64,000 nt of DNA from Octopus bimaculoides (GCF_001194135.2 NC_068997.1:40485876-40549875), one strand, 5' to 3'. Counted from the first letter of the stretch, positions 12,683-26,244 are shown. Notes: generated by a model not told the origin, from the letters alone. Numbers and translations are program-made.

Positions 12683-12734
12683 TGTATGTATGTATGTATG
12701 TATGCATGTATGTATGTATGTATGCATGTATGTA

Positions 12735-12765
<31 letters not shown>

Positions 12766-12794
12766 ATGTATATATATATATGTATCATCTTCAT

Positions 12795-14620
12795 CGTCAT
12801 TTTATATCTACATATTCTTGATGAGCTGAATGTTTCATCAGTGATCTGCTCTACATTCATCTGGGATTTGTGACCTTTCAACTTTAGATATCCTCACCCA
12901 ATTAACCTAGGTTGGTTTGATCAGTCTCAGACTTGCGTTCTACCAAAACAGTCATTGGATATGCTCTCTTAATCCAAAGCCATTTGGTGGTTTTCCTTAC
13001 ATTTTCTTGTCTAGAGTGAATTGCTTTCTTTTCCATTTCGTTGAAACCAAATCGTTGAGACCTTAGCGGACTGAGTAACTGACAAAATCTCTATAGGTTC
13101 ATAGTATATTTTCAACCCATTGCGATGGCAATTCTCTGCCAGTTTCTTTTACTTTTCGTTGGCTCTTGTAAAAAGATCCCAGGGTATTGCAACTTCCAGC
13201 ATGATCAGTGGTGCTGTTGGCTTAGAGATGATGTTCATGTCTTTCCAGAGCAATGTTGATACTCTATGCTGGGAGTCTTGAGCTGTCTACCGAGATCGAT
13301 ATACAGCTACCAGTCAAAAGCTGTGAAAATGGAGCTTGTCCATGATTTTGGTTATGGATAGCTTTTCTCTCTCGATTTTACAATCCTAATCGCTTTTTCG
13401 GGAGGCGTGGTGCTATTTACCTTCCCTGACGGCAGTGGCTAACTCGCAGTAACTCACTTGATCACCTGGTCATGGTAGCAATAATAGCGTCTTTCTCCAA
13501 GGAATTTTAAGCAGTTGCTAGGAAAATGTTCTAAAAATCCTTTTTCAGAGTAGTGTGCAGAATGATATCTCGTTTTTACCCCAAATGTGATGGTTAGTTA
13601 GGCTAACTTCCCATTGTAACACCCTATACGGAAAAAAAACTGGCATTATGGAATTCAGCCAGTATGTTGTTTAAGCAAATAATCTAGCAATGTCTCACAC
13701 TCTCTCACCCTGTCCATGTTCCCAGCAGTTTTAGCCACATAGAACTGCTCACTCTCTCGCCCAATACGATTGCTCGGGTCTTTTCCTGAATAAGACAATA
13801 TTTCTCTCTTCTCTAGTTCTTACCAATCTAGTTCTCTCCATGAATTCCCTCAATCCCACTCAACCAAGTATCCTGTTGCCCACCAGTTCGTTTTGCCTTA
13901 CAGGTGACTCTACCACGTGCACTCATTTTTCAGCCTTCAATTCCCACCCTGTTTTCACTCTGAAACCAGATCATGACACTATGTAGTACCTGGAGTCCGT
14001 CTACTGTGGAAACCACTTTTGTGTTGCCTGAAATTCTTCAAGGAAACCAAAGGATGTTGTCTATACGATGTTACTTGTCCCATACAGTGCTGCATTTCTG
14101 AGGCTGCAAGAAAACGCCAGACACTTGTATAAAGAGCCACTGATTTTTATTTCGAGGATCTCGACTATTATCAGTGGAATCGTGTAAAAGAGCAGGAGTC
14201 ATAAAAGTCTAAGGGCAGGATAAAATGTTGACTTAAGGTTTTGTAATCCTACTTGGTCGTCCTTGATAAACCAGCCATCAAGATCTTTTCTGAATTCTTG
14301 AATAGCAACAAATTCTTTTGAATTCGATTTAAAGAACTTTCCCATTCTCTTTACTGGTTTGATCTATTATTGATAGGCTGGAGTACTTGATATTGAGAAA
14401 TGGAATTTGTCAGTCTCCTTCCCGTTCTACAGAACTATGGACCTTGGCTTGGCAGACTTAAAACTCATCCATGACCAGCTAATAAGTTCCTCAAGAACTT
14501 GTTGGATATACTTACACCCTCGGTCCAGTATCATTGTGATGGTAATATCACCCATAGATTTTGATAGAGGGTTCTTGAAAAGTAGGCTCCTACATCCTGC
14601 TTCGGCTATTTGAGCACCAT
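12795..14620 (-). mobile_element. HERO-like RLE non-LTR retrotransposon, 5'-truncated and decayed
   Basis: Minus-strand translation with stops and frameshifts gives: RT KSMGDITIT...MSFKSAKPRSIVL (cf. AFMDDLT...MSFKPAKSRSLVL); LEEFQAT..VKTGWE..VES; zinc knuckle LEHFPSNC..LGERRY..HDQV; RLE IMLEVAIPW..ANEK..KLAENC..YEPIEI; terminal KKAI...KWLWIKRA; then a HERO-like 3' UTR. Confidence 0.85.
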
Positions 14621-15556
14621 GATTATCAAGGGGAAAATGAATAACAGAAATAATACAACTTAATGTATTTTTCAGGCAAATTGTGGCAAAAGAAAAGGAA
14701 AAAGGAAACGAAAGCAAATGAAAAATTCTATCATTCTTGTTATCGCCCGAGAGAAATATTTGAAAACGCCGGAATTCCGAATCAATATTTTTATTTTTCA
14801 TAGACCGAGAGGAGTAAAAATATTCTTCTTCATAGATTTTTACCACTGATAAGTTTGAGTCTATAACGTCATTTGCTGTTTACCTATAAGTAGAGGCATT
14901 TTTTATCATTGCTTGTTTCTTGCGTATTTAAACGGGGGTAATTATCTGTTATTTTCTATCTAAATACATTTGTGCTAAGTGTGTCAAGAGTCCTATTTCT
15001 ACTGTTCTGGATATTGAATTATAGTATAGAAATTTTCTTGGTCTTCTTTTTATTTGTCTACGATGGAGACACCATCAATACACACGATGTGTATTGTAAG
15101 TGTGCATCTAGGTACAACATTGAATTTTTATTATGGCCGCATAGAACGTCATGAACGAAGGGCCAAAGGAGTGCAGATAACCAATACATATTTTCCTGGT
15201 ATAATTTTCGATATATGTTATGCATATGACTATATCGGGGAAAAAAGAAGCATTGATAGAAAAGATAACGTTAGAATAGAATCGTGTTTCAGTATATGTG
15301 GGTGTGTAATACAGAAAAGCCTTTAGCAGCTAAAGAAATAAATATATAGATATATATTTTTTTTAATAAATATATACACATTTTTTCATTCTTAAAATTT
15401 GTTTTGTTATATTTTCAATACAGTCTTGCTTAATTTCTTTGTGAATCTTTTGGATATACCAAAAGATATTCACAACAAATTATATATATATATACACGCA
15501 CGTACACACACACACACAGATATGAACATTCATACATATAGACACATACATACACA

Positions 15557-15610
<54 letters not shown>

Positions 15611-15650
15611 NNNNNNNNNNACACACACACACATACACACACACACACAT

Positions 15651-15697
<47 letters not shown>

Positions 15698-16092
15698 AAC
15701 AGACATTTGTGCACATACATATATATGCATATAGGAAAATTGAATAATGAGGCGAACTCTCAGGATGTTGTTAAACCATTTAAATCTTGAATTCTTCTAC
15801 ATATGTTTCGACGGATGCACTCCTAAATGTCCGACAGGATAAATTATGGCCAGCAATGCATCAATCTCATCAGGAAGGATATAAATAACAAACTCATCAA
15901 ACAGATATGTTAGCAGAAATAAAAAAAAAAGTCTTATAAAATGTAACGTATTTATTTTCATATGCACACACACACACACGTACACTCACTGAAATATGTG
16001 ACGTGTAAATATAAACATTATATACCTACAAAAAAAAGACAAACGTATACATACACATATACATGCACACGCATTAACATACAGACACATAG

Positions 16093-16125
<33 letters not shown>

Positions 16126-16966
16126 AATATATATNNNNNNNNNNNNNNNNNNNNNNNNNNNNNNNNNNNNNNNNNNNNNNNNNNNNNNNNNNNNNNATAT
16201 ATATATACATATATATACATATATAAATATATATATACATATATATAAATATCTTTCTATATATAAACATATACATAAATATATACATACACACAAACAC
16301 ACATGCATATTCAAATACTTACATACATGGGCAGAAATATACTCACAGATATATGCATGTATATATCCATGCATATACTCTTACATATTCTCGCGGCAAC
16401 AAGATAGAAACATACTTATGCTAAAGTATACTTTACGATCACATATTTATACACATAAACAAACGATCCTACACATACAGAAGAGCATACACATGCCAAA
16501 ACATCGATAGACCTAAACGCATAATTGTATACACATACACAAACTTACTTAAGCACATTTACGTTATTGTTCATTCACAAAATACTTATATACGAACAGG
16601 GGACGCTAAGAATTATAAATGACGTTATTGAAACGAACTAGATATTGGAGAAAGGGGAAGATGTATAGAAAGATTAGGAGGGGGAAAGAAAGGAAGGATA
16701 AAACAAAGTAAAAAAAAGAGAGAGGGGAGAGGAACGGACAAATTTTAAATATAAAAAATGCATGAAAAGAAAGGAAAGAAGAAGAAAGGGGGAAAAATTA
16801 TAGGAAGTAAGATGGGAAAAAAATGAAAGAAAATTTGCAGAAATTATTATTAGGTTATGGGTGTTCACGTACATACAGAAGGGCACACACATCCCCAAAG
16901 CATCGACCGACACAAACATTATAACAAACCCATACGCACACTTACTAAGCACATATACATTATTGT

Positions 16967-17010
<44 letters not shown>

Positions 17011-17229
17011 NNNNNNNNNNTTGGGTGAGAGAAGGAGAAAAAGAATAGGAAGATATGGAAGAAAAAAAAACAGGAGGTAGAAAGCGAGAGTGAAAAGGAA
17101 CAGGCGAATTGTATACATGAAAATGCATAAAAGAAAAAAAAGAGGTGGGGTTAAAGGGTGGGGGAAGTAAGATGGAAGAATAAAGAAAAGAACATTTGCA
17201 GAAAATATTATAAGGTTACCGGTGGATAT

Positions 17230-17640
17230 TATTTTAAAGAACTAAAAGAATGTTTTTTCCAATGAGTACATTTGTAAACTCCCTCTGTAAATTTGTTTAC
17301 CAATTTATGAGAATGAAATACTGCTCTTCCGTGCATAAAGAACAGAAAGACTTCCCTTTATCATAAAGAAAAGATCTAGAAAGAACTTTCCATTCTAAAG
17401 AAAAAGATTTGTTAGAGACCTTGAGGTCAAAGATTAGTTTACTGAGTCCCGTAGAGTTCCGCTTATGATTGTATTTCAAGGTAGAGAACTGGTAGGCCAG
17501 ACGGGATTTCAAAAATGTTGAGTATAATCCAATATAAAATTATTCTTTTTTTTATCAGAAGTAACCTTGCCTTGGTAAAAAGCGTTTTTAATTCTGCTAC
17601 TTTGCAATTATTCCCCTGGATATTTCCTTTAAATTGTAAA
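17230..17640 (-). mobile_element. Penelope-like element, GIY-YIG endonuclease C-terminal fragment
   Basis: YIGLYSTFLKSRLAYQFSTLKYNHKRNSTGLSKLIFDLKVSNKSFSLEWKVLSRSFLYDKGKSFCSLCTEEQYFIL matches the PLE consensus YIG..F K.R..H....RNST.LSK.IW.LK....I.W.IL......C.LC.EEK..I. Confidence 0.85.
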
Positions 17641-17777
17641 CTCTCTATATGCATATATGTGTGTGTATACATACATATATATATATAATTTATTAATGAG
17701 GGTAGAAATTGATATTAATCAATTAAAACCAGTGGTCTAGCATATTAAAAAAATCCGAAGATTAAAATTATATTACA

Positions 17778-18158
17778 TACAAAAATAAGAGGAATGACCA
17801 GCAAAAGTGGACGCCTATATGCTAGAAATAGATGCCGAATCATCTAACCACGAAAAAAACATATGTTCTCAGTAAAATTTTAGCGACACAACAGACTGTA
17901 AAAGGGCAAGACAAATGAAAAAATACTAAATATAAAAAAAACGATTAACCTACGTACCATGGTTTCACCTGTTAAAATTTACATAAGTAAATATCTGCAG
18001 GATCGTCAGCGTAGTCTGTCGATTTGCAATATAATTTCCAGAACTAGACACAAGACGTCCACCCGAACGTGGTTAGATTTTTTCGTGGTTAGATGATTCG
18101 GCATCTATTTCTAGCATATAGGAGTCCACTTTTGCTGGTCATTCCTCTTATTTTTGTA
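17778..18158. repeat. 81-bp inverted repeat (17778-17858 / 18078-18158) with a 219-bp spacer, probably Penelope pLTR-derived
   Basis: The arms differ at one position by manual comparison (GGACGCC vs GGACTCC). Confidence 0.9.
17950..18014 (-). ncRNA. Type I hammerhead ribozyme (minimal palindromic stem III)
   Basis: Minus strand: CTACG-CTGACGA-T-CCTG...CAGG-T-GAAA-C-CATG-G-TA-CGTAG. Stem I is CTACG/CGTAG. Stem II is CCTG/CAGG plus a TTTAC/GTAAA hairpin. Stem III is the palindrome ACCATGGT. The cleavage triplet is GUA. Confidence 0.75.
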
Positions 18159-18159
18159 C

Positions 18160-18190
<31 letters not shown>

Positions 18191-18429
18191 TATGTATATA
18201 TACATATATATGTTTGTATAAGTATATGTTTGGTATGTACTTATGTATGCATGCATGTATGTATTATGTATGAATGGATGGATGGATGAAAATTTTTATT
18301 CTTTGGGTTTGTGGCTAACTAACTGCCAAGGTTCTTTTGTTTAAATCAAGTCAGTCCCGTGTAGCTCCTTGGATTTTCAACCTCGACGAAGACGAGTAGC
18401 AACGTTCCAATGTGGCAGGGCTGATAAAT

Positions 18430-19550
18430 GATGAGAGATTTCTTTTTACATGAAATTATTTGTAGCCTTGTTAATCTACTAATAAAGAACGTTTATCCTC
18501 CAGTGTGGTGTTGAGCAGTCATTTTCACTGTTTTTTTATACTGTTTTTTTTATACTGTTTTTTTTTTGTCATGTTGGGGAACAGACGACAATCAGATATA
18601 CTAAATGAGAAGAATAGGTAGGGTGATCTACCAATGCAAAGCCACCATTACGCACAGCATCTATTGAAACCAAGGACCTGTTCACTGGAGCAATTTCCTG
18701 AAGAAACAAGAAACTTTTCATCAGCTTTCCTGGGCAGTTAGTCTTGGTAACCTTCCGTAACAGCCTTAGTAAATCGGTATAGTACTCTCCATTGATGGTG
18801 TGGTACCTTTCAAGACTATAAAAACGATTCCTCTTGCATCCCAAATAACTGAGGCTGACAACTTCCTTGCAGATGAAACGACCTTGGCCTGCTTTGGGAA
18901 AAGAGAGCAGGGCGTTTTTACTGCATGGGTTGTCTCTTTGCCTCTGGCACAAAGTGATGAACCAAACACTCATCCAGAATTAGGAAACGTTGAAGGAAAC
19001 CCTCTAGATCTGTCTCAAACAATGTCATAGTTTCCCGTGATGTGACCAGCATTCTGTGCACAGGGAGCAGAAATCTTCGTTACCGTGAAGAACATTCTCT
19101 CCTCTCTCACGCGATACGGCTAAGATCATTGAGTATTTCATTTATAGTCAATCGCCCGTCATCCATCAACTTGTGGTGAACACGATCAATGTTTTCCTCG
19201 GTGGTGGCTGTTGCATGGCTCGTCCAGACGCTGGATTGTCTTCAAGACCCTTCCTTCTCCTCCTAAATTCAGCTGCCCACTTTTGCACTAAGGATACAAA
19301 TAGCGCGCGATCCCCTAATTTAGCAATCATGTCTGCATGAATGTCGTTTGAAACTAAACCCTTTTTCTGTTGATACTTTATAACAATACGATACCAGATT
19401 TTGCCCCTTCTTTGGAAAATCAGATGCCAGTTTACCCGGAAAGAAACAATTCAGTTATTAAGTAGGTTTGAAATTAATGCATGCAAAATTTCACAGCTCT
19501 ACCATGACTTTTTCATAGTCAACCTATGAATTTGTCAACCCACCTTCGTA
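18430..19550 (-). mobile_element. Mariner (DD34D) transposon, decayed
   Basis: Fragments KQAKVVSSARKLSASVIWDARGIVF and TINGEYYTDLLRLLRK...PGKLMKSFLFLQEIAP...LVDHPTYSSHL. A 5' TIR-like TA-CGAAGGTGGGTTGACAAATTCATAGG lies at 19549. Confidence 0.85.
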
Positions 19551-20037
19551 TATGCACATGTATTGATATGTGTGCGTTTGTCCGTGTGTGCATTTGCGTA
19601 TGTGTGTTGGGGGGANNNNNNNNNNGGGGGGGCGTGTGTATATAGGGGCTATTGTTTGATCTCCATCGTTCGATGATGATTATTCATTTATTCAAAACAC
19701 TGAAATGCCTACTCCACAATTAACGTATAAGTAACTGAATATTTCACAGATACATGCACCCTTAACGTAATTCTACAATAGACCTAGCGTGACACAGTGT
19801 GTAATATGTTTGGCTGTGGCAATTACAGATGCAATCCATCTAAGGGCTTCCGTCTATACCATTTCATTCACACATATGGAGCAAACCGAGGTTATGGAGA
19901 GAAAACATTTTTCATCAGGTGCCACGCTTTGGAAAGAAATCCGGAAAAAATTAGTTGTAATGCAAGATATACGCATTTGTCCATACTGCGTATATATATA
20001 TATATATATATATATATGGGTGCGTCTGATGTGTGTA

Positions 20038-20101
<64 letters not shown>

Positions 20102-20108
<7 letters not shown>

Positions 20109-20187
20109 CAGAGAGAGAGAGACAGAGAGACAGATAGACAGAGAGACAGATAGACAGAGAGACAGATAGACAGAGAGACAGATAGAA

Positions 20188-20248
<61 letters not shown>
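20102..20248. repeat. (GA)/(GACA)/(GATA)n compound microsatellite
   Basis: Direct reading. Confidence 0.9.
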
Positions 20249-22324
20249 CATAATTATACATAAAAGGCGGCGAACTGGCAGTCGTTAGAGTGTTGGATAG
20301 ATAAAACCATCGGGGAGTTAACAAGTCGTAAAAATTCTGGAAGGACGCATTAGATAATATAGTCCAAGATAAACTAACTATGCGTTAAAAAGAAGACAGG
20401 AGAGTCACGGCTAGAATACCTTTGATCATACATCTGTACAATCAGGCCTGACCTTAGGCTAAACAACAATCCATTCGGGGTCAAGTTTGCCTTTTCTTCT
20501 TTCCAGGGTCGATAAAATAAGTGCCAATCAAGTATTAGAGCTGATTTAATCGATTGTACCCTCTCCTAAAATGGCTGACCTTGTGCTAATGTTAAAAATC
20601 GATATTTTCATTATCAGAAACAAGGTCAAAGGTGAGTGAGTAGCAGAAACGTTATCACGCCGGATTAAATGCCAAACGGTATTTCGTTTCGATCCCTTTA
20701 TGTTTTGAGTAGAAATCCCGCTGGGGCCTTTTATCCTCAAGGTCAATTAAAAACAAAAATCAGTAGTCATGATTGAACTGATTATATTCCTTCTCTATGA
20801 ATTTGTATTCGTGTTCCAATAATCAATAAAGCCGAAGCCAATACGAGGTTAAAGTACTTGACTATTGATCACACGAATCTTGACTTCAAATCTTACTGAA
20901 ATTACTGTGATACCTCTTTGGACAAGGTACATAACTCTGCTTGTCATAATTATTTAGCAATGAAATATGTAGGACTACTAACTTATTTTATTGCTAATGA
21001 ATTATTTATCATTACCGAAGACATTCAGCTATAAAATCTATTGCTCCATACACAAGGAAACACCTAAATTTCGAAACCATTTCACTTGTAGTACCCCATA
21101 ATAGAGAAACGAGGAGGAAAAACAGAGGAATATGAAATGAGAGCAAAGGTGTAATATGCGTATATAAGGATGTTAGTAGCTGTAAAAGTTAGTAGATATA
21201 AATATGGCTGTCTTTAGTGAAATAAGTATAAATAACGCTAAAATTAAATTATACTGGTATTGGAGGACTGATTGAAGACAAGAATTTTGTCCAATGAATT
21301 CAGCTTATTTGAAAACAGATGCACAAAAGGAACTGGGGAAATAATTGTGGAATATATGTGAAAGCAGTTGCGGAAATCATGGAGAAATAAGAAACAGAAT
21401 CATGGGAATAGAATAAAATTTCTAACATGTCCTTCTTTGTTTTTGGGAGGCATTTGTTCGATTCATTCAGTCCCAATAATTAAATGGATCCTGGTGTATT
21501 GAGAGCTTTTTGTTAAACCAATTGATGGCAGGTGGGACATAAACGTTGAGTATTATCTTTGAAGTGGTGTCAGTGTAAATACAGGGATGCAGACGGACGC
21601 AGAAATGTACGGACGCACGTATGGACACACATACACGCAGGCAGGCACGCGCGCGCACACAGATACACGCACACACACAAGTAGAACAAGTATAGTTTTC
21701 ATGTACAAATCTCACTGTCAATCATGGAGGCTATAGTCTTTAGTAGAATACTGTTGACTAAGAGGTCATGCAGTGTGGCTGAATCCGAAACTACGTAGTT
21801 AAGAAACTATGTGCTAACCACACAACCTTACCTATACCTGCATGTGTGTGTGTAGTATTGTGTTCGTGTATGTGCATGTGTGTGTATACACATAAATATA
21901 CATACATACATATATACATGCATACATACATACATACATACATACATAAAATACATATGCATGCATCTAGACATAAAAACGCATCCATAAAACAAACACA
22001 AATCTGCGCATACACTAACACCAAATACTGCGCACACACACATATGCACAAATACCTAGATGATGTTGATAAAAGTTCCAATGAAGGAGCCTTGAATCTA
22101 TGTTAGAGTCCGGCTCTTTCTCTATGGACAAGAAATACAGAAATGAAACTGATTGATAACATACATACATACATACATACATATATAAGCTTCTCAAAAG
22201 CAGAAAGGAGAAACTTGAACCGAAGACTTCTGGTCCAAGCCATCAATGGAACTGTAAAAATCTGCAATACTTTCCTGAAATTTATCATTTAGGTATATAT
22301 GAGCATGTCTAGAGATACAAGCAT

Positions 22325-22512
22325 ATGCACGAGACGGCATACATACGGCATTTCGCTCGTCGCTAAGTTCTGAGTACAAATTCAATCCTGGTCGACTTTG
22401 CCTTTCATCCTTTTGGTTTCGATGAATTGAATACCAGTCATGTACTGAGTCGCTGTAATCGACAAATTCTCTCCCTCAAAATCTCAGGCTTTGTGCCTAT
22501 AGTAGATAGGAT
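22325..22512 (+). mobile_element. tRNA-derived SINE (GGTGAGCTGGCAGAATCGTTAGC-headed family), diverged
   Basis: Core GTCGACTTTGCCTTTCATCCTTTTGG; tail GCCTATAGTAGATAGGATTATT running into (ATT)n. Confidence 0.75.
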
Positions 22513-22521
22513 TATTATTAC

Positions 22522-22578
<57 letters not shown>

Positions 22579-22604
22579 CATTATTATTATTATTATCATA
22601 ATTA

Positions 22605-22680
<76 letters not shown>

Positions 22681-22685
22681 TATTA
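22510..22685. repeat. (ATT)n trinucleotide array (expanded SINE tail)
   Basis: Direct reading; accounts for the poly-Ile ORFs. Confidence 0.95.
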
Positions 22686-22950
22686 AAAGGTGGAGAGCTG
22701 TGAGAACCGTTAGCATGCCGACAAAGTCTTTACTTTGTGAGTTCAACTTCCGCCAAGGTCAACTTTGCTTTCATCCTACGGGGTCCATAAAATAAGTACC
22801 AGTTTAGTACTGGGTATCGGTGTAGTCGATCTACCCCATCTCTCTCCAAACCTACTGGCCTTTGTGCCAAAATTTGAAACCATTATCATTATTATTATTA
22901 ATATTAATATTATTATTATTATTATTAATATCATTATTATTATTATTATT
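22686..22950 (+). mobile_element. SINE of the same family, with an (ATT)n tail
   Basis: Head GGTGGAGAGCTGTGAGAACCGTTAGC, core ATAAAATAAGTACCAG, tail TGTGCCAAAATTTGAAACC. Confidence 0.7.
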
Positions 22951-23082
22951 AACCAGTGTCTGTTGAAATAGACGAGTAGAATATAATGCGATAAATCGTC
23001 TATAGTTTTGAATAGAAATAGAATGGCGTGTATACAGTATGTGCGATGGCGTAGAGTGTATATCTGCGTGACGGGGTATATA

Positions 23083-23128
<46 letters not shown>

Positions 23129-25704
23129 NNNNNNNNNNNNNNNNNNNNNNNNNNNNNNNNNNNNNNNNNNNNNNNNNNNNNNNNNNNNNNNNNNNNNNNN
23201 NNNNNNNNNNNNNNNNNNNNNNNNNNNNNNNNNNNNNNNNNNNNNNNNNNNNNNNNNNNNNNNNNNNNNNNNNNNNNNNNNNNNNNNNNNNNNNNNNNNN
23301 NNNNNNNNNNNNNNNNNNNNNNNNNNNNNNNNNNNNNNNNNNNNNNNNNNNNNNNNNNNNNNNNNNNNNNNNNNNNNNNNNNNNNNNNNNNNNNNNNNNN
23401 NNNNNNNNNNNNNNNNNNNNNNNNNNNNNNNNNNNNNNNNNNNNNNNNNNNNNACACACACACACACAACAAAAAATAACACTGCAATACTTGTGGAGTA
23501 ATTCATTATATCTAATAAAGTACTTTAATGGAATTTTAAATATTTTTCATAAAAATATTCATCAGATTCCTTGCGAATGTTCGACCCCAGGGAACAACCC
23601 TTCCCCGACCACCACTCCTTATTATTTACATTTTTCTTTCTTCCTTTTATTATTTAACTTTATTTATGTTTTTATTCATATTTCATTTTTACTCTTTTTT
23701 TTTATATATAATTCATTTTATTTTCCTTATTATTTTTCTTGTTTATTTGTATCTTATATACATACGTTTTTTTTTTGTTATTTCTTTTCTTTGTTTATAT
23801 GTTTTTGTTCTTTAGTTTCAAAGATAATCTATATGCATTATTTATGGGTCCATTTTACAGAAAGAGATCCTTAGAACTGCTTTTATCATTTTTGTTTGTT
23901 ACTGTTACTTCTTTAAGTGCTTGTCTCGTTATTACTAGGCACTGTTTTCATATTCAGCTAGACATTTACTACTTCCTTCTCCCTCTATTCTACTTGTTTT
24001 GTTTCTAGTTTTTGTGTGTTCCTATCATCAATATTGTACACTTGATCTGCTTTACTTTCTCATCTTTTTATTTAAATAACATTCGCCGAATTTGTCAGAC
24101 CAATAGCCGCCTTCAGATTTTAAAACGATATGTGCAGTTGATGCTGTTTAGTTTGTTTTTTCTATTCATTGTTACACACCTATTTTGAGTCATGCAATTG
24201 CTTTGTGTTTTATATAATATATAAATTGTTACATTATATACAAAACAAATTGTTGTTTTATATATTTAACAATATCAAATGGTTGAGTAAATAATTGTAT
24301 TTACATCTAATAAAGGGTGATGTTTTGTGGGAATATAGAGAAAGAAACGAACGAAACAGATGTAACAGTATCGACTTGTCTGTCATCCACCGTAGAAACA
24401 TATTCGTCGTTCACGCGAACCACTAAGGGAGCTTCGATGTGATCGTTAGGTCTGCCAGAAACAGCAGCCAAATTTCTCTCGAATCACACTTTAGAAAGAC
24501 GAAATGTTCACGCTAGAACGCCTTTAATTATAGATGAACTAAGTCAGGTTTGACCTAAGGCTTACACTTTTATATTTCGTTCATTTTAGAATTCAATTTC
24601 ACTGAGGCAGTGGTGACACTGGTGGGGGCAGTGACAGCGGCGGTAATGACGGTAGTGGTGGCAGCGGGGAATATCGGTGATGACGGCGGCGGCGGCGGCG
24701 GCACCGGTGGTGATGGCCGCAGCACCCACGATGATGGTGACACCGGTGGTGCTGCTGGGGCTGGTTGACGGTGGTTGATAGTAGTCTTAAGCGTATTAGT
24801 TGCTTGGTCACTTGCTAGGATATTTACCATAGGACACGAACTCAATGTTGGCGATTCCAAGAAGTACTTAGCAATGCAGTGTTTCAATTCGTGGGACTTG
24901 CAAAAAAGAAAACTGTGATTTTGCGTTCCGTAATTTCGTGGTGATAACGGACGACACGAAACGATGACTTTTAAATGGTTTCCCTAAAACTTTAACGATC
25001 CAGCTCCCTGCGGTTCCGACAAAGTAAAAACCCCAAAATTTTATAAGACTAATTCTGTAAAGTTACATATCACTTCGGATTTTTTCGTTTCCTTCATTGA
25101 TATTTTCCGCAGACGAAGATAGACTTATGTACGAATACTTACATGAAAAGTATTTAATAATTTTTCTTCTTGTGCCTTTTTGATTTTTCATTGATTCATA
25201 GTTCGATTAATACTTTTATGAGACATGTGTGAAGAAAGATGTCGGAGATGTCACCATAATTGTCTTCCATAAAACTGCTCCAATCAGATTCTCAAATTTT
25301 TTATTGTAATGTACTTACTTTATTCGGAGCCTGTGATTTTGCAAAAGGAACTTGTAGGAAAAAAGCAGCTGTAACACTTCTTCACATTTTTTTCGTTTTC
25401 TTTTTACTGTTTTTCCTGTTTTTATTTTTTATTTTATTTTTTATTCCATGCTCTTTGATTCGATTTACATCCATATGGAAACACATAAAGGCCATTATCC
25501 TTTGATTTATAGAATTTGAAGTTCAAAGGGAAGACTAGGCCTTTTCGGTTCAGCCGATTAAATGCGCTGAATATTTTCCCAGTCTTGACATCAATTGAGC
25601 TGTTTACTTGGGTAAATAAAGATTTTCTGACATCAAGTTTTCCTCCATTCCGTTAATATATATAGAGAGAACTACTTGAATGGTGATCGGATATGATATA
25701 CATA

Positions 25705-25764
<60 letters not shown>

Positions 25765-26211
25765 NNNNNNNNNNNNNNNNNNNNNNNNNNNNNNNNNNNN
25801 NNNNNNNNNNNNNNNNNNNNNNNNNNNNNNNNNNNNNNNNNNNNNNNNNNNNNNNNNNNNNNNNNNNNNNNNNNNNNNNNNNNNNNNNNNNNNNNNNNNN
25901 NNNNNNNNNNNNNNNNNNNNNNNNNNNNNNNNNNCTTTCGTCTCACTAGACTTGGAAACCTTAAAAAAGGATGGTTGCTGCTTTTCACCGCCTAACTAAG
26001 CTATTAAAAACTGATATTCGTAAACTATCATTAATTTGATGGAATAAGTCAGTATAATGAACTTTACAAGATATCAGAACATTACAACGACATCATATAT
26101 GTTTGCATATATATATCTATATATATATATATAAATAATAATAAGGGAGTTAAGACGCAAAAACGTATAAATTCAAAAGAACATATTTATCTTCTTCAAT
26201 ANNNNNNNNNN

Positions 26212-26242
<31 letters not shown>

Positions 26243-26244
<2 letters not shown>

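Noticed and set aside
15800-15875. EGF-like CPTG..YGQQC pattern
   Set aside because: Needs a frameshift, includes a stop and lacks the remaining cysteines.
21170-21400. Possible RTE-type APE endonuclease remnant (MAVFSEI)
   Set aside because: Only one short motif is recognisable; too decayed to support.
25113-25149. 37-nt exon candidate DEDRLMYEYLHE resembling a Cys-loop receptor N-terminus
   Set aside because: Too short, weak donor, and no other receptor exons (Cys-loop, TM) in the window.
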